A stretch of DNA of 64,000 bases from an uncultured Rickettsiales bacterium (lineage in GTDB: Bacteria; Pseudomonadota; Alphaproteobacteria; Rickettsiales; UBA8987), in contig CAYULD010000002.1 in assembly GCA_964445765.1 (NCBI GenBank), forward strand, positions 296,844-360,843, in the 5' to 3' direction. Position numbers and translations under genes: made by a program. The notes beneath the pieces were generated by a model that saw only the letters and a list, made by a program, of their open reading frames with translations, had not been told where the DNA came from and ran no database searches. This document shows, piece by piece, positions 10,746 to 20,616 of the stretch; the first letter of the stretch is position 1; every line of letters starts with the position of its first letter.

Positions 10746-12539
10746 CTAATAAACATCACGCTGATAGCGGTTTTCTTTCTTGAGTTTAAGAACATATTCT
10801 CTCGCAAAATCATCACCCTTGCCTGAAACTTCAGAAATTACTTGATGAAGGGTTTTATCAACATCTTTTGCCATACGCTTTTCATCACCGCAAACATAAA
10901 AATATGCACCTGCTTCTAGCCAGTCAAAAAATTCTTTTTTACGAGCATAAATTTTATGCTGAACATAAACTTTTTTCAGGCCATCACGAGAAAACGCCGC
11001 ATCAAAATTAGTGAGCAAACCTTTTTTGAAATAATCTTGCCAATCAAGTTGATATAAGAAATCATAATTATAGCGTTGCTCACCAAAGAAAAGCCAGTTT
11101 TTACCTTTTGCATTTATTGCGTCGCGTTCTTGCATAAAAGCACGAAATGGCGCAATGCCAGTGCCGGGGCCAACCATTATAATTGGCTTATCTGCATCTG
11201 GTAATCTAAAATTTTTATTGGGCTTAAGATAAATTTTTATTTTATCATTTTTATTTATGTCATCAGCTAAAAAGCCAGAAGAAACACCATTTCTAGCCAT
11301 ATTAAAGCTATTATATCTAACAGTTGCAACGGTTAAATGAACTTCATCACCAACAATTTTTTGCGATGAGGCAATAGAATATAAACGAGGGGGGATTTTT
11401 CTTAAAACCTTAACAAAATCTTCTGCCTTGATGTTTTTAATTGGATAATCTTTGATTAAATCTATTAAAAATCTGCCGTAAATATATTCAGAAATTTCAG
11501 GCTTTTGAGATTTTTCTAAAAGTTTTTTATCCCCAATAAGCTCTGCATAATTTTTAATTAAGAACGCTGAAAGTGAGGTTATTTCATAATCTTCAGTAAG
11601 TAACTGGCTTAATTTTTTGCCTTCAATTATTTCATCACCGCTAAAACCAAGTGCTTTAAGGGTTTCAGCGACTAGGCTTTGGTTATTTTGAGGGATAATG
11701 CCAAGTGCATCACCAACTTCATATTTTATGCCTGAATTTTCAAGGGAAATAGCGTAGTGATAAGTTTCTTTTTCTGAGCCTTTTTCGCTTAGTAGAACCT
11801 TATCTGCAAGCTCAGCAATAAATGGCTCAGAAGGGCTATATTCCTTACCGCCTGCACCGAATAAGAGAGAAAAATCAACTGCGTTGGTAGCATTTTTAAT
11901 ATCTATTTTAGTAGAGGCATCAACGCCATTTGTCTCTAAAAATTTATTTAGGGCTTTTTCTATCCATTCATTCGCGGGCTTTTCAAAATCAACATCGCAA
12001 TCAATTCTATCATAAATTCTTTTTGCACCAAGATTTTCAAGCTTTTCATCAACATCTTTGCCAGCACCACAAAATTTAACATATGATCTATCGCCTAAGG
12101 CACAAACGGCAAAATTTAATTCACTAGATAATTTGGGAGCATCATTTTTAAGAAGGTTTTTATAAAATTCTGTTGCCCTTTCTGGTGGGTCGCCCTCCCC
12201 CCAAGTGCTAAGAAAAACAAGCAGATTTTTATGCTCAGTTAATTTTGCAACTTCGGTGTTGAACATATCTGCAATAACTGGCTTAAAGCCTTTTGCCTTG
12301 GCAATTTTAGCAGCTTTTGCGGCCAACCCTTCTGAGTTGCCAGATTCTGAGCCATAAATTATAAAAATTGGGATAGCTTTTGCATTAGGTGCTTCTGTAA
12401 TTTCGCCCGAATTATTAAGTGCATAATTGCCCAAAAACGCCCCTAGATATAAAGATTGCTCTTTAGTAAGGCTTGGGATTAGGCTTTCAATAAGCTTTTT
12501 CTGCTCATTAGAAAAATTAGGTGTGTTGCTTTCTGCCAA
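10746..12539 (-). CDS. cysJ: Sulfite reductase (NADPH) flavoprotein subunit
   Basis: Flavodoxin YGSESGNSE/STWGEGDPP, RLYSIASS, GPGTGIAPFR, C-terminal RYQRDVY; TTG start. Confidence 0.9.
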   Translation of the reverse strand: MAESNTPNFSNEQKKLIESLIPSLTKEQSLYLGAFLGNYALNNSGEITEAPNAKAIPIFIIYGSESGNSEGLAAKAAKIAKAKGFKPVIADMFNTEVAKLTEHKNLLVFLSTWGEGDPPERATEFYKNLLKNDAPKLSSELNFAVCALGDRSYVKFCGAGKDVDEKLENLGAKRIYDRIDCDVDFEKPANEWIEKALNKFLETNGVDASTKIDIKNATNAVDFSLLFGAGGKEYSPSEPFIAELADKVLLSEKGSEKETYHYAISLENSGIKYEVGDALGIIPQNNQSLVAETLKALGFSGDEIIEGKKLSQLLTEDYEITSLSAFLIKNYAELIGDKKLLEKSQKPEISEYIYGRFLIDLIKDYPIKNIKAEDFVKVLRKIPPRLYSIASSQKIVGDEVHLTVATVRYNSFNMARNGVSSGFLADDINKNDKIKIYLKPNKNFRLPDADKPIIMVGPGTGIAPFRAFMQERDAINAKGKNWLFFGEQRYNYDFLYQLDWQDYFKKGLLTNFDAAFSRDGLKKVYVQHKIYARKKEFFDWLEAGAYFYVCGDEKRMAKDVDKTLHQVISEVSGKGDDFAREYVLKLKKENRYQRDVY

Positions 12540-12696
12540 TTTATTAAATAATTAGTTTGCGTCTTGTTACTAAAATTGTGGATATTTTTCAACATTATTT
12601 TAATTAAATTGCTTTTAGGCGATAGAATTCGCCTTAAAATTTGCCTTGCATCATCAAAATTATTACAATCACAATCCGAATTAAACAAATTAATCT

Positions 12697-13431
12697 ATGA
12701 AGAAACTAGCATTTTTAGCTACAGCAATAATTTTTACGCCTATGTTAGCAGAGGCACAAAGCTACAATTATCCAGCTTCTATGAAGCATAAATTAAGCGT
12801 TGATGGTGGCTTAATGTTCGCAAGTGGTAATACTAAGGTGGAAAATCTTAACGCCAATTTCAATTTAGCATCTTCTAAAGGTAAAATTTCTAATACATTA
12901 ATGGGAAGGGCGATTAACTTGCAACAAGGTGGGCAAAGGGCTGATGAAGATTATTTGCTTAATAATAAACTTAAATATGATATTAACGAGAAATTATACG
13001 GCTTTGGTGAGCTTGAATATTTTAATGATAGATTTGCAGGTTTTGAACACAGAATGCACGAGCTTGCTGGTTTAGGTTATTACATCAGAAATGATGAGAA
13101 AGTTAAGTTATCAGTTGAAACAGGTGCAGGTGCTAGGCAAACTAATTTCACTGGCAATAAGGAAGATATAAACGAATTTACCGCTAAAGCTGGTGGTGAT
13201 TTGAATTATAAGCTAAATGAGAATGTAGAATTTAACCAAAATGTTGGTTATTATTGGGGTTCTGATTTACAAGTTACAAGGGCACAATCAGCACTTAAAG
13301 CTGGCTTAACTGATGATATTTATTTCAAAGCTGGCTATATAATTGAAAATAATTCCGAAGTTCCAATTGGCAGAAAAAACAATGACCAACTAACAACTAT
13401 TGGCATTGGTTATGAATTTGATAATGAGTAG
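12697..13431 (+). CDS. Outer-membrane beta-barrel protein, DUF481/YdiY-like
   Basis: Signal peptide; SGNT, DRFAG, G.GY, C-terminal IGYEF pattern. Confidence 0.75.
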   Translation: MKKLAFLATAIIFTPMLAEAQSYNYPASMKHKLSVDGGLMFASGNTKVENLNANFNLASSKGKISNTLMGRAINLQQGGQRADEDYLLNNKLKYDINEKLYGFGELEYFNDRFAGFEHRMHELAGLGYYIRNDEKVKLSVETGAGARQTNFTGNKEDINEFTAKAGGDLNYKLNENVEFNQNVGYYWGSDLQVTRAQSALKAGLTDDIYFKAGYIIENNSEVPIGRKNNDQLTTIGIGYEFDNE

Positions 13432-13460
13432 TATTATTCTGAGTTTAGAAGATATTTTCT

Positions 13461-13524
13461 AAAAGCTAGGGGGCTTTTGCGGTGTCACCGCTTTTGCCCC
13501 TTTCGCCCCTCGGTAGCCTTTTTC
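13461..13524. terminator. Probable bidirectional intrinsic terminator
   Basis: GC-rich nested stem GGGGC-TTTT-GCGGT-GTC-ACCGC-TTTT-GCCCC flanked by A- and T-tracts, between convergent units. Confidence 0.55.
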
Positions 13525-13560
13525 AGCAACTAAGTAACTGCATAACTACCGTAACAAATG

Positions 13561-13635
13561 TTAAGCTATAAAACCTAAAGCTGTAACCCTTGCTAATTGT
13601 GGTAGTTTGCAGTTAAATATACACGAAGTAGACAT
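13561..13635 (-). CDS. Putative 24-aa small ORF (MSTSCIFNCKLPQLARVTALGFIA) within a structured RNA, with an extended SD
   Basis: AAAGGAGGTAATCCA directly before ATG; long hairpin over the ORF; terminator downstream; not in the ORF track. Confidence 0.5.
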   Translation of the reverse strand: MSTSCIFNCKLPQLARVTALGFIA

Positions 13636-13810
13636 TGGATTACCTCCTTTACATTGCGTAAAAACTCTAAAAAATTAGAGATTACTAACCTATAAACTAA
13701 TAAATTCGGCTATTTATAAAATAAAAATAGTTTAAGAAATGCTATATTTTCAAAAAAATTTAAGCAAGAAAAGTTTTTATAATTTTTAGTAATTCAAATT
13801 TTATAATAAT

Positions 13811-14085
13811 TATAGTTAGTTGTGTTAAGTTTAAGAGTATTTGCAACAAGATAATTTTGCTTTAGAGCAAAGGAAAAATGAGCGAGATAGTTACTCATAT
13901 CTGCGAGATTTTTTCTGTAGCAATAAAGCAAAATTAGCAGTTGCCCTTTGGGTTGCTGCAAAAATTAAAAAATAGTTCGTTAAAAAGCTCGGAGATATGA
14001 ATAACTATCTCGCTCGCTTTTTGCCTGCTATTTTTTAATTTTTGACCGGCAACAAATGCTCTTAAACTTAACGCAACTAACTATA
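13811..14085. mobile_element. ~275-bp structured palindromic element, copy 2
   Basis: 33-bp terminal inverted repeat TATAGTTAGTTGTGTTAAGTTTAAGAGTATTTG (2 mismatches); two arms with loop GATAGTTAYTCATATC; central CCCTTTGGG. Confidence 0.8.
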
Positions 14086-14086
14086 G

Positions 14087-15406
14087 CTAAGAATGCGTAA
14101 TACTTGCACCAAGATTAAGCATTAAATCTTTGAAGCTCGGGAAGGAAGTTGCAATCATTTCAGGCTTATCAACAGAAATAGGTTTTCTAGAGGCAAGCCC
14201 TGCAATAAGAAAACTCATTGCAATTCGGTGATCACCATGCGTTGGAATTAAATTACCACCCTCAATTTGCCCGCCCTTAACAGCTAAACTATCATCTGAG
14301 CCGATTTTTGCCTCAACACCAGATAGCTCAAGCCCTTTTCTAATAGCTTCTAGGCGATTACTTTCTTTTACTTTAAGCTCCCCAAGCCCTCTCATAATGG
14401 TTTCACCCTTTGCTTTTGCTGCCACGATTGAGAGAATTGGATATTCATCAATCATAGAAGGGGCGCGTTCTGCCGGCACTTCAACCGCCTTTAAGTTTGG
14501 AGAATATTTTGCAGTAATATCTGCAACTTCTTCACCGGCCTCAACCCTTATATTGGTAAATTCAATATTTGCCCCCATCTCTTGCAGGGTTTGATATAAA
14601 CCAATTCTGGTAGGGTTAATTAAAACATTTTGAATTGTAACCGCAGAGCCTTCCGTAATAATTGCCGCAACTAATGGAAATGCCGCAGAAGAGGGATCAG
14701 CAGGCACTATAACATCTTTAGGTGTAAAATTTTGTTGCCCCAAATATTTTATAATATTTAAGCCATTTTCTTGAGTAATAGAAATCTCACCACCGAAATG
14801 TTTAATCATCATTTCTGTGTGATCTCTAGTTTTTTCCTTCTCAATTATTGTGGTTATTCCGGGGGTATTTAATGCAGAAAGTAATATCGCAGATTTAACT
14901 TGTGCCGATGCAACTGGAAGCTCATATTCAATGGGTAACATTTCATCAGCACCTTTAACCATAAGGGGTAAAAAATTTTCTTCTCTGGCTTCAAAATGAG
15001 CACCCATTAATTGCAGTGGCACTGTAACACGACGCATAGGCCTGCCACGCAAACTTTCATCACCGGTAAAGAATGTGCGAAAATTATAGGGTGCAACTAA
15101 GCCCATTAACAGCCTGCAACCAGTGCCAGAATTACCGCAATCTAAGGAATCTGAAGGCTCACTGAGGCCACCAACCCCAACGCCATCAACAATATAATCA
15201 GAATTTATTTTATTAATTTTAACCCCAAGTTTTTGCAGGCAGGCTTTTGTATTAAGAACATCTTCACTTTCAAGGAGGCCTGAAATTTTTGTTTTACCAA
15301 TTGCTTGTGATGCAAAAATTAACGCACGATGTGAAATTGATTTATCACCCGGAACGGAAATTTTACCTTTGAGATTATTAGAATTATTTGCCGTTAGAAT
15401 ATTCAT
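14087..15406 (-). CDS. aroA: 3-phosphoshikimate 1-carboxyvinyltransferase (EPSP synthase)
   Basis: VPGDKSISHRAL, GNSGTGCRL, ASAQVKS, RDHTE, KESNR, DHRIAMS; start reassigned to ATG at 15406. Confidence 0.95.
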   Translation of the reverse strand: MNILTANNSNNLKGKISVPGDKSISHRALIFASQAIGKTKISGLLESEDVLNTKACLQKLGVKINKINSDYIVDGVGVGGLSEPSDSLDCGNSGTGCRLLMGLVAPYNFRTFFTGDESLRGRPMRRVTVPLQLMGAHFEAREENFLPLMVKGADEMLPIEYELPVASAQVKSAILLSALNTPGITTIIEKEKTRDHTEMMIKHFGGEISITQENGLNIIKYLGQQNFTPKDVIVPADPSSAAFPLVAAIITEGSAVTIQNVLINPTRIGLYQTLQEMGANIEFTNIRVEAGEEVADITAKYSPNLKAVEVPAERAPSMIDEYPILSIVAAKAKGETIMRGLGELKVKESNRLEAIRKGLELSGVEAKIGSDDSLAVKGGQIEGGNLIPTHGDHRIAMSFLIAGLASRKPISVDKPEMIATSFPSFKDLMLNLGASITHS

Positions 15407-15855
15407 TAAAATTCCTCTTCCTTCCAACGCATACCACCGAATATATATTTAACTTCATTATCACCTTTGCGAGCAGTTAGCGGAAATAATTTTTGGCGAT
15501 ATTTAACAATAGAATAGATGCTACTTTCAAATTCGCCTTCATCAATAAGCTCTTTCTTATTGGAAATTACATCAGAAAATTTGCGAGCCATTTTGTGATT
15601 TGTAGGAAGTATCATTCCAGTAAAAGGGGTATCAAATTTTTCATCTCTAACAACTTTTAGCAAATTTTCACCGAGGTAAGAAAAGCGATAAGGCTCTTCA
15701 GCTTTAAGTAAGAAACAATCACTCGCAACTTTTTCAATCGCTGAAAAGACAATTTGTTCCTCCGCGGCTATTTCAGAATTTGCTTTTTCCTTCAAATCTT
15801 TGAAGTAATTATCAAGAAAATCAGCCAGCCTCATTCTTCTAAACTCAAACCCCAT
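15406..15855 (-). CDS. PAS-domain-like protein (alphaproteobacterial PAS_5 type)
   Basis: FSYLGENL...YRQKLFPL...VKYIFGGMRWK pattern; TAATG overlap with aroA. Confidence 0.55.
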   Translation of the reverse strand: MGFEFRRMRLADFLDNYFKDLKEKANSEIAAEEQIVFSAIEKVASDCFLLKAEEPYRFSYLGENLLKVVRDEKFDTPFTGMILPTNHKMARKFSDVISNKKELIDEGEFESSIYSIVKYRQKLFPLTARKGDNEVKYIFGGMRWKEEEF

Positions 15856-15866
15856 AAAATATTTTT

Positions 15867-16298
15867 TTAGATATTTTTTATTACATTTTCAAAATTGTAT
15901 ATAAAATATACATAATATATTGCCCTGTAGATACACATTATTATAAGTGTTTTCAACCATTTAGTTTTTAGAAAACCAGAAAAAAACGGAAAGAGAATAT
16001 TAATTTCAGGAAATACCAAAACTGCCCCAAAAAGATACAAAAATTTATTGGTGTAATGTGCTAGATTTCTGTAATTGTAATTGTCAAAGAATTTTGAAAG
16101 AAGTTTGGCAAGATAAAAACAAATTATATAAGATAAAAATAACCCAGCCATAGAGCCAAAAAAAGCCGTAATTACAGCAAGGTTTTTATTTTCATAATTA
16201 TCAAAATAAAATAGCATTGGCAAAGCAAGCTCTTTACTAAAACTTAGTAAGAAATTTGCTTTTAGCGAATCAATAAAAATTTCTAGTAATATTTCCAT
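15867..16298 (-). CDS. Small membrane protein, YqaA/DedA-like
   Basis: Four hydrophobic segments; F.DS..AN.LL...E and GS.AG motifs. Confidence 0.5.
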   Translation of the reverse strand: MEILLEIFIDSLKANFLLSFSKELALPMLFYFDNYENKNLAVITAFFGSMAGLFLSYIICFYLAKLLSKFFDNYNYRNLAHYTNKFLYLFGAVLVFPEINILFPFFSGFLKTKWLKTLIIMCIYRAIYYVYFIYNFENVIKNI

Positions 16299-16308
16299 AG
16301 TTTTTTCG

Positions 16309-16366
16309 CGTATCGTTTATCGTTCATCGTATAGCGATTAACCATTAACGATAAACGATATACGAA
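16309..16366. repeat. Inverted heptamer array forming a hairpin after hisF
   Basis: TATCGTT TATCGTT CATCGTA ... TAACGAT AAACGAT ATACGAA; 14-bp perfect inverted repeat. Confidence 0.65.
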
Positions 16367-16367
16367 C

Positions 16368-17129
16368 CTAAACCCTAACTTCAACGCCATTTGCCATCAT
16401 ATAATCTTTAACTTGTTTTATGGTAAATTGCCCAAAGTGAAAAACACTTGCCGCCAAAACAGCATCTGCCTTACCTTTGATAACACCTTCTACAAAGTGA
16501 TGCAACGCCCCAACGCCGCCTGATGCAATAATTGGTATTTCTAAATTTGAACTTATTAGAGAAGTTAGCTCACAATTAAAGCCTTGTTTTGTGCCGTCTC
16601 TATCCATAGAGGTAAGTAAAATTTCACCTGCACCAAACTCTTGCATTTTTTTAGCCCAAGCAAGAGCTTCAAGCCCAGTTTCTTTTTTACCGCCGTGGGT
16701 ATAAATTTCATATCTATTTTTAGCTTCATTAAATTTTGCATCTATAGCAACTACTATACATTGCTTGCCAAATTTTTCTGAGGCTTTTTTAACAATTTCA
16801 GGGTTTGTAACCGCTGCACTATTGATTGAAACTTTATCCGCACCACTATTTAAGAGTTTTCTGATATGCTCAACATTCTTAACGCCACCCCCAACTGTTA
16901 ACGGCATAAAACAGTTTTCTGCCACTTGCTCAACAATATGATAAATATTTTCACGATTTTCACCAGATGCAGTAATATCAAGAAAGCATAATTCATCAGC
17001 ACCTTGATCTTCATAGATTTTGGCTTGTGTTACGGGGTCGCCGGCATCAATCAGATTAACAAAATTAACGCCTTTAACAACTCTGCCATCTTTAACATCA
17101 AGGCAGGGGATTATTCTTTTCTTTAACAT
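16368..17129 (-). CDS. hisF: Imidazole glycerol phosphate synthase cyclase subunit
   Basis: [41 protein letters not shown]. Confidence 0.97.
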   Translation of the reverse strand: MLKKRIIPCLDVKDGRVVKGVNFVNLIDAGDPVTQAKIYEDQGADELCFLDITASGENRENIYHIVEQVAENCFMPLTVGGGVKNVEHIRKLLNSGADKVSINSAAVTNPEIVKKASEKFGKQCIVVAIDAKFNEAKNRYEIYTHGGKKETGLEALAWAKKMQEFGAGEILLTSMDRDGTKQGFNCELTSLISSNLEIPIIASGGVGALHHFVEGVIKGKADAVLAASVFHFGQFTIKQVKDYMMANGVEVRV

Positions 17130-17183
17130 ATTGTAACTTATAACTCTATAAAACTGAACTATTATATGATATTATAAAAAATT

Positions 17184-17651
17184 ATGAAAAAACTATATTT
17201 CGCATTATTTTTACTATTCCTAACTATTTTGATTGGTAATTCAACTTTTTCTAAAAATGAGGTGAAAATGGCAGAGGAAAATTACAAAGGTCTTATTAAA
17301 AAACTTTCTAAAGAGCAACATAATGTTATGTTCTGTGAAGCAACCGAAAAGCCATTTTCAAGCGAGTTACTAAATGAAAAACGCAAGGGTAAATTTGCTT
17401 GTGCGGCTTGTGGGCAAATTATTTTTGATTCAAATACAAAGTTTGAAAGTGGAACTGGCTGGCCAAGTTTTTATGATGCGATTAGTGGCAGTGTTGATTT
17501 CAAAATAGATAAAAAATATGGAATGATTAGAACAGAATTTCATTGCTCAAGGTGCAAAGCACATTTTGGCCATATATTTGATGATGGCCCAGCCCCAACT
17601 GGCAAAAGATATTGCACTAATGGTTTAGCTTTAGAATTTATTGCAGATTAG
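17184..17651 (+). CDS. msrB: Peptide-methionine (R)-S-oxide reductase with predicted signal peptide
   Basis: TEKPF, CAAC, SGTGWPSF, HFGHIFDDGP, RYCTNG. Confidence 0.93.
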   Translation: MKKLYFALFLLFLTILIGNSTFSKNEVKMAEENYKGLIKKLSKEQHNVMFCEATEKPFSSELLNEKRKGKFACAACGQIIFDSNTKFESGTGWPSFYDAISGSVDFKIDKKYGMIRTEFHCSRCKAHFGHIFDDGPAPTGKRYCTNGLALEFIAD

Positions 17652-17658
17652 GAAAATT

Positions 17659-18699
17659 ATGGCAGGAAGTGAAGTTAGTATAATCTATGCCCCTTTAGGC
17701 AGCAGATATTATCCATTAAATTCTGGGAAAGGTGAATATGAGCACCCGCATCTAAAATATAGGCCGGAAGAAATTGCTATAGAAATAAAAGAGTTTTTTG
17801 AAGAAGGCTTAATAAGTCAAGTTCACTTGCATGGAAGAAACCCAGAAAATGGCTTTCCAACCGGAAAACCTGAACATTATAACTTGCTTTTACAAAGTTT
17901 GCACAGAAATTTAAGTGAAATAGAATATTATTTAAGTATTACAACTACAGATAATAATATTCCCCAGCAAGACAAAGAAATATATGGTGATATGGCAAGG
18001 GCTGCAATATTAAAAAGCTCTTATGAATTATTACAGCCAAATAAAATTCCATTAATTGATTCACTTGCTGCTTCACTTCAAGCCAAAAATACTAACAGGC
18101 CAGAAATTGCAGAACAATTTAATGATTTTATAGATAATTGTTTGGCTATAATGGATACAAAAAATATTGGTTTTGAAATTGAAATCCCTAAGGATGATTT
18201 GTTTGAGGTCGCTAAAAAATTTTTAAAGGGAATGAGAGGAAGATTATTACGAAATGAGTTTAATTCTCCAAACTTAATTGCTAGTATAAATGCCCCAGTA
18301 ATTCAAATGCTTTATGGAGCAAGACCCTATATGCCAAGCACAGAAGAATTTATTAGGAAATCAATAGATAAGGTTCATAATGAATTATCACCAAGGGTGG
18401 TTCAAGTTGCTTTTAGACATAATAGAGATCAATTTAATCCAGATATTGCAAGGTATTTAATTAGTCTTGCAAAACAAGGAAAAATTCAAGGTATAAGAAT
18501 TGGCATTGAAGATACCCCAAAAAATATGGCAGGCGAATTTGTAAGCAATCAATGGCTTGTTGAACAGATAAATCAAATTGCTAAAAAAGAGGGTGTATCT
18601 ATAAGAAAGCCAAAAGATGCACTAGCATTAATAGTGGATAATAAGGTTGAGATATCTAATGTTTACCCCCAAAAAAATGTGATTAATAAAACAAAATGA
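17659..18699 (+). CDS. Divergent beta-keto acid cleavage enzyme family protein (BKACE/DUF849)
   Basis: IIYAPLG, PEEIA.E, VHLHGRNP, GIRIGIEDT, SN..LVE...IA...G motifs; start taken at ATG 17659. Confidence 0.65.
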   Translation: MAGSEVSIIYAPLGSRYYPLNSGKGEYEHPHLKYRPEEIAIEIKEFFEEGLISQVHLHGRNPENGFPTGKPEHYNLLLQSLHRNLSEIEYYLSITTTDNNIPQQDKEIYGDMARAAILKSSYELLQPNKIPLIDSLAASLQAKNTNRPEIAEQFNDFIDNCLAIMDTKNIGFEIEIPKDDLFEVAKKFLKGMRGRLLRNEFNSPNLIASINAPVIQMLYGARPYMPSTEEFIRKSIDKVHNELSPRVVQVAFRHNRDQFNPDIARYLISLAKQGKIQGIRIGIEDTPKNMAGEFVSNQWLVEQINQIAKKEGVSIRKPKDALALIVDNKVEISNVYPQKNVINKTK

Positions 18700-19331
18700 A
18701 AAACTTTATAAAAATTATAATTTTAACATTAACAATTATGTATTCATCTCTAGCATCTGCAAATTCTGAAAATTTAGAAAAGGCAACTTTTGCAGGTGGG
18801 TGTTTTTGGTGTATGCAACCTATTTTTGATGAGTTAGATGGCGTTATTAAAACTGAAGTTGGCTATAGTGGCGGGCATACTGAAAACCCTAGTTATGATG
18901 AGGTAATTTCTGGAGAAACAGGGCATCAGGAAGTTATACAAATTACTTTTAACCCTGAAAAAATCTCATATGAATTTCTGCTAGATAAATTTATGAGGAA
19001 TATTGACCCCCTAGACCCATTAGGGCAGTTTTATGATAAGGGTTTGCAATATGTTACTTCAGTTTTTTATCATAATGATAATCAAAGAAAAATTACTGAA
19101 GAATATTTTACAAAACTGAAAGAATCTGCTATTCTCAAGGGCGAGGTGGTGGTTACTATAAAAGCTTTTCAGGCTTTTTATAAAGCGGAAGATTATCACC
19201 AAAAATATTATCAAAAAAACCCTATAAGATATAATGCTTATAAAAAAGGCAGTGGAAGGGAAGAAAAAATAAAGCAAATATGGGGCAAGGAACATCAACA
19301 GATCAACCCAAATATTCTAAAGAGCAATTAG
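18696..19331 (+). CDS. msrA: Peptide-methionine (S)-S-oxide reductase with predicted signal peptide
   Basis: ATFAGGCFWC, GYSGG, AEDYHQKYY. Confidence 0.93.
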   Translation: MKNFIKIIILTLTIMYSSLASANSENLEKATFAGGCFWCMQPIFDELDGVIKTEVGYSGGHTENPSYDEVISGETGHQEVIQITFNPEKISYEFLLDKFMRNIDPLDPLGQFYDKGLQYVTSVFYHNDNQRKITEEYFTKLKESAILKGEVVVTIKAFQAFYKAEDYHQKYYQKNPIRYNAYKKGSGREEKIKQIWGKEHQQINPNILKSN

Positions 19332-20566
19332 AAAGATATCAATATTGCCATAATTTTTTAACAGAAAATTATAGAAATAAAGCAGAAGAAACAAAAAGAA
19401 CAGAAGCAAAGAAAATTGATGAGAAAAAAGTTTTCTCTGATGAAAGGCTTGGTTGGAGTTATGAAAAGCCCGTTTATATACATAATTTTATTTCAGAAGT
19501 GGTAACTAAAGTTCACGCTTGGCCAGATAGAATGAATAGACCGCAATATAATCATATAATAGCGGTTTATGCTCAAACATTACTTCAGGGCAGAAAACTT
19601 TTAGAACTAACCGCAGAAAAACTATTAGAGGGTAATTTAGAAAATTTATCAGATGAACAGATTTCTTCAATTATTCCGGAAGGCAAAAAAATAAGGAACA
19701 TAAAAAAATTCAAAGAGGATAGGTGTAGCCTTACTGAAAATGAATTAAACTCTATAAAAGAAACTCTAAAACCTTTATTATTAAACTCAGTAATAAAAGG
19801 AAAATTTAAGTATATTGAGGAACAAGAAAATAAATTCTTCACCTATGATGATTATAAAACAATGCAATTTTTAGCTTTAATGCACGATATGGTTGAAGAT
19901 AAACACTTAACCATAGAACAACTAGAAAGAATTGCTAAAAGTGGCGGTAAAGAAAATAAATATATGCTTCGTGCAATTAAATTATTATCATATCTTGATA
20001 AAAATAATTATACTGATAAGCTTGGAAATTTTACTCTTACAGAGGATAAAATAAGTAAATCAATAAATGAAGTTGCAGAATATTATAGGGATATAAATTT
20101 TAATTATTCACATCGCGAGGGATACAAATATGACATTGCAAAATTAGATTATGCAGAGATTGTTCAATATAAAGCAGGCTATTGCACTGAGATGTTAGAA
20201 AAAATGCTAGCTGAAAATTTACCTGAAAAAAATATTTTTATAACCACAAAGGTAAAATTATTTGATATGGATAATAATAAAAGCATTTATCGCAACCCTG
20301 AATCAACGCCAAAAGGCAGAACAAATATTGTTAAATATGAAATATGCTCACAAGCACTAGAGGGTTTTTTAGAAAAATTGGAATTATGTAAATCTTATAA
20401 ATTTGAATTTTCACCAAACCCACATTTTTATGGTTATTCAACAAATGTTGGTGGATATGGCTATCATAAAAAACTTAAAGATTACGGCAAAGGTGATGGA
20501 AATTTTACAGATAAAATTGCGTTCGCTCGGCAACAAACAAATCCAGAAAATAATGGGCGTGTTTAA
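19280..20566 (+). CDS. Hypothetical HD-domain protein (SpoT/Mesh1-hydrolase-like motifs)
   Basis: R..R.QY.H, LALMHDMVED, KVKLFDMDNN motifs. Confidence 0.5.
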   Translation: MGQGTSTDQPKYSKEQLERYQYCHNFLTENYRNKAEETKRTEAKKIDEKKVFSDERLGWSYEKPVYIHNFISEVVTKVHAWPDRMNRPQYNHIIAVYAQTLLQGRKLLELTAEKLLEGNLENLSDEQISSIIPEGKKIRNIKKFKEDRCSLTENELNSIKETLKPLLLNSVIKGKFKYIEEQENKFFTYDDYKTMQFLALMHDMVEDKHLTIEQLERIAKSGGKENKYMLRAIKLLSYLDKNNYTDKLGNFTLTEDKISKSINEVAEYYRDINFNYSHREGYKYDIAKLDYAEIVQYKAGYCTEMLEKMLAENLPEKNIFITTKVKLFDMDNNKSIYRNPESTPKGRTNIVKYEICSQALEGFLEKLELCKSYKFEFSPNPHFYGYSTNVGGYGYHKKLKDYGKGDGNFTDKIAFARQQTNPENNGRV

Positions 20567-20616
20567 TAAATAATAATTTTATTTGAGGATTAGAAGAAAA
20601 TAAAGCATAGTGAATT

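Noticed and set aside
13636-13650. 16S rRNA gene fragment
   Set aside because: Only the 15-nt tail matches; the upstream helix 44/45 sequence (GTAACAAGGTAGCCGTAGG...) is absent
13461-13660. tmRNA, RNase P, SRP or 6S RNA
   Set aside because: No ANDN-type tag or tRNA-like ends, no GAGGAAAGTCC and no SRP GGAAGGAAGCAGC motif; 6S cannot be supported by eye
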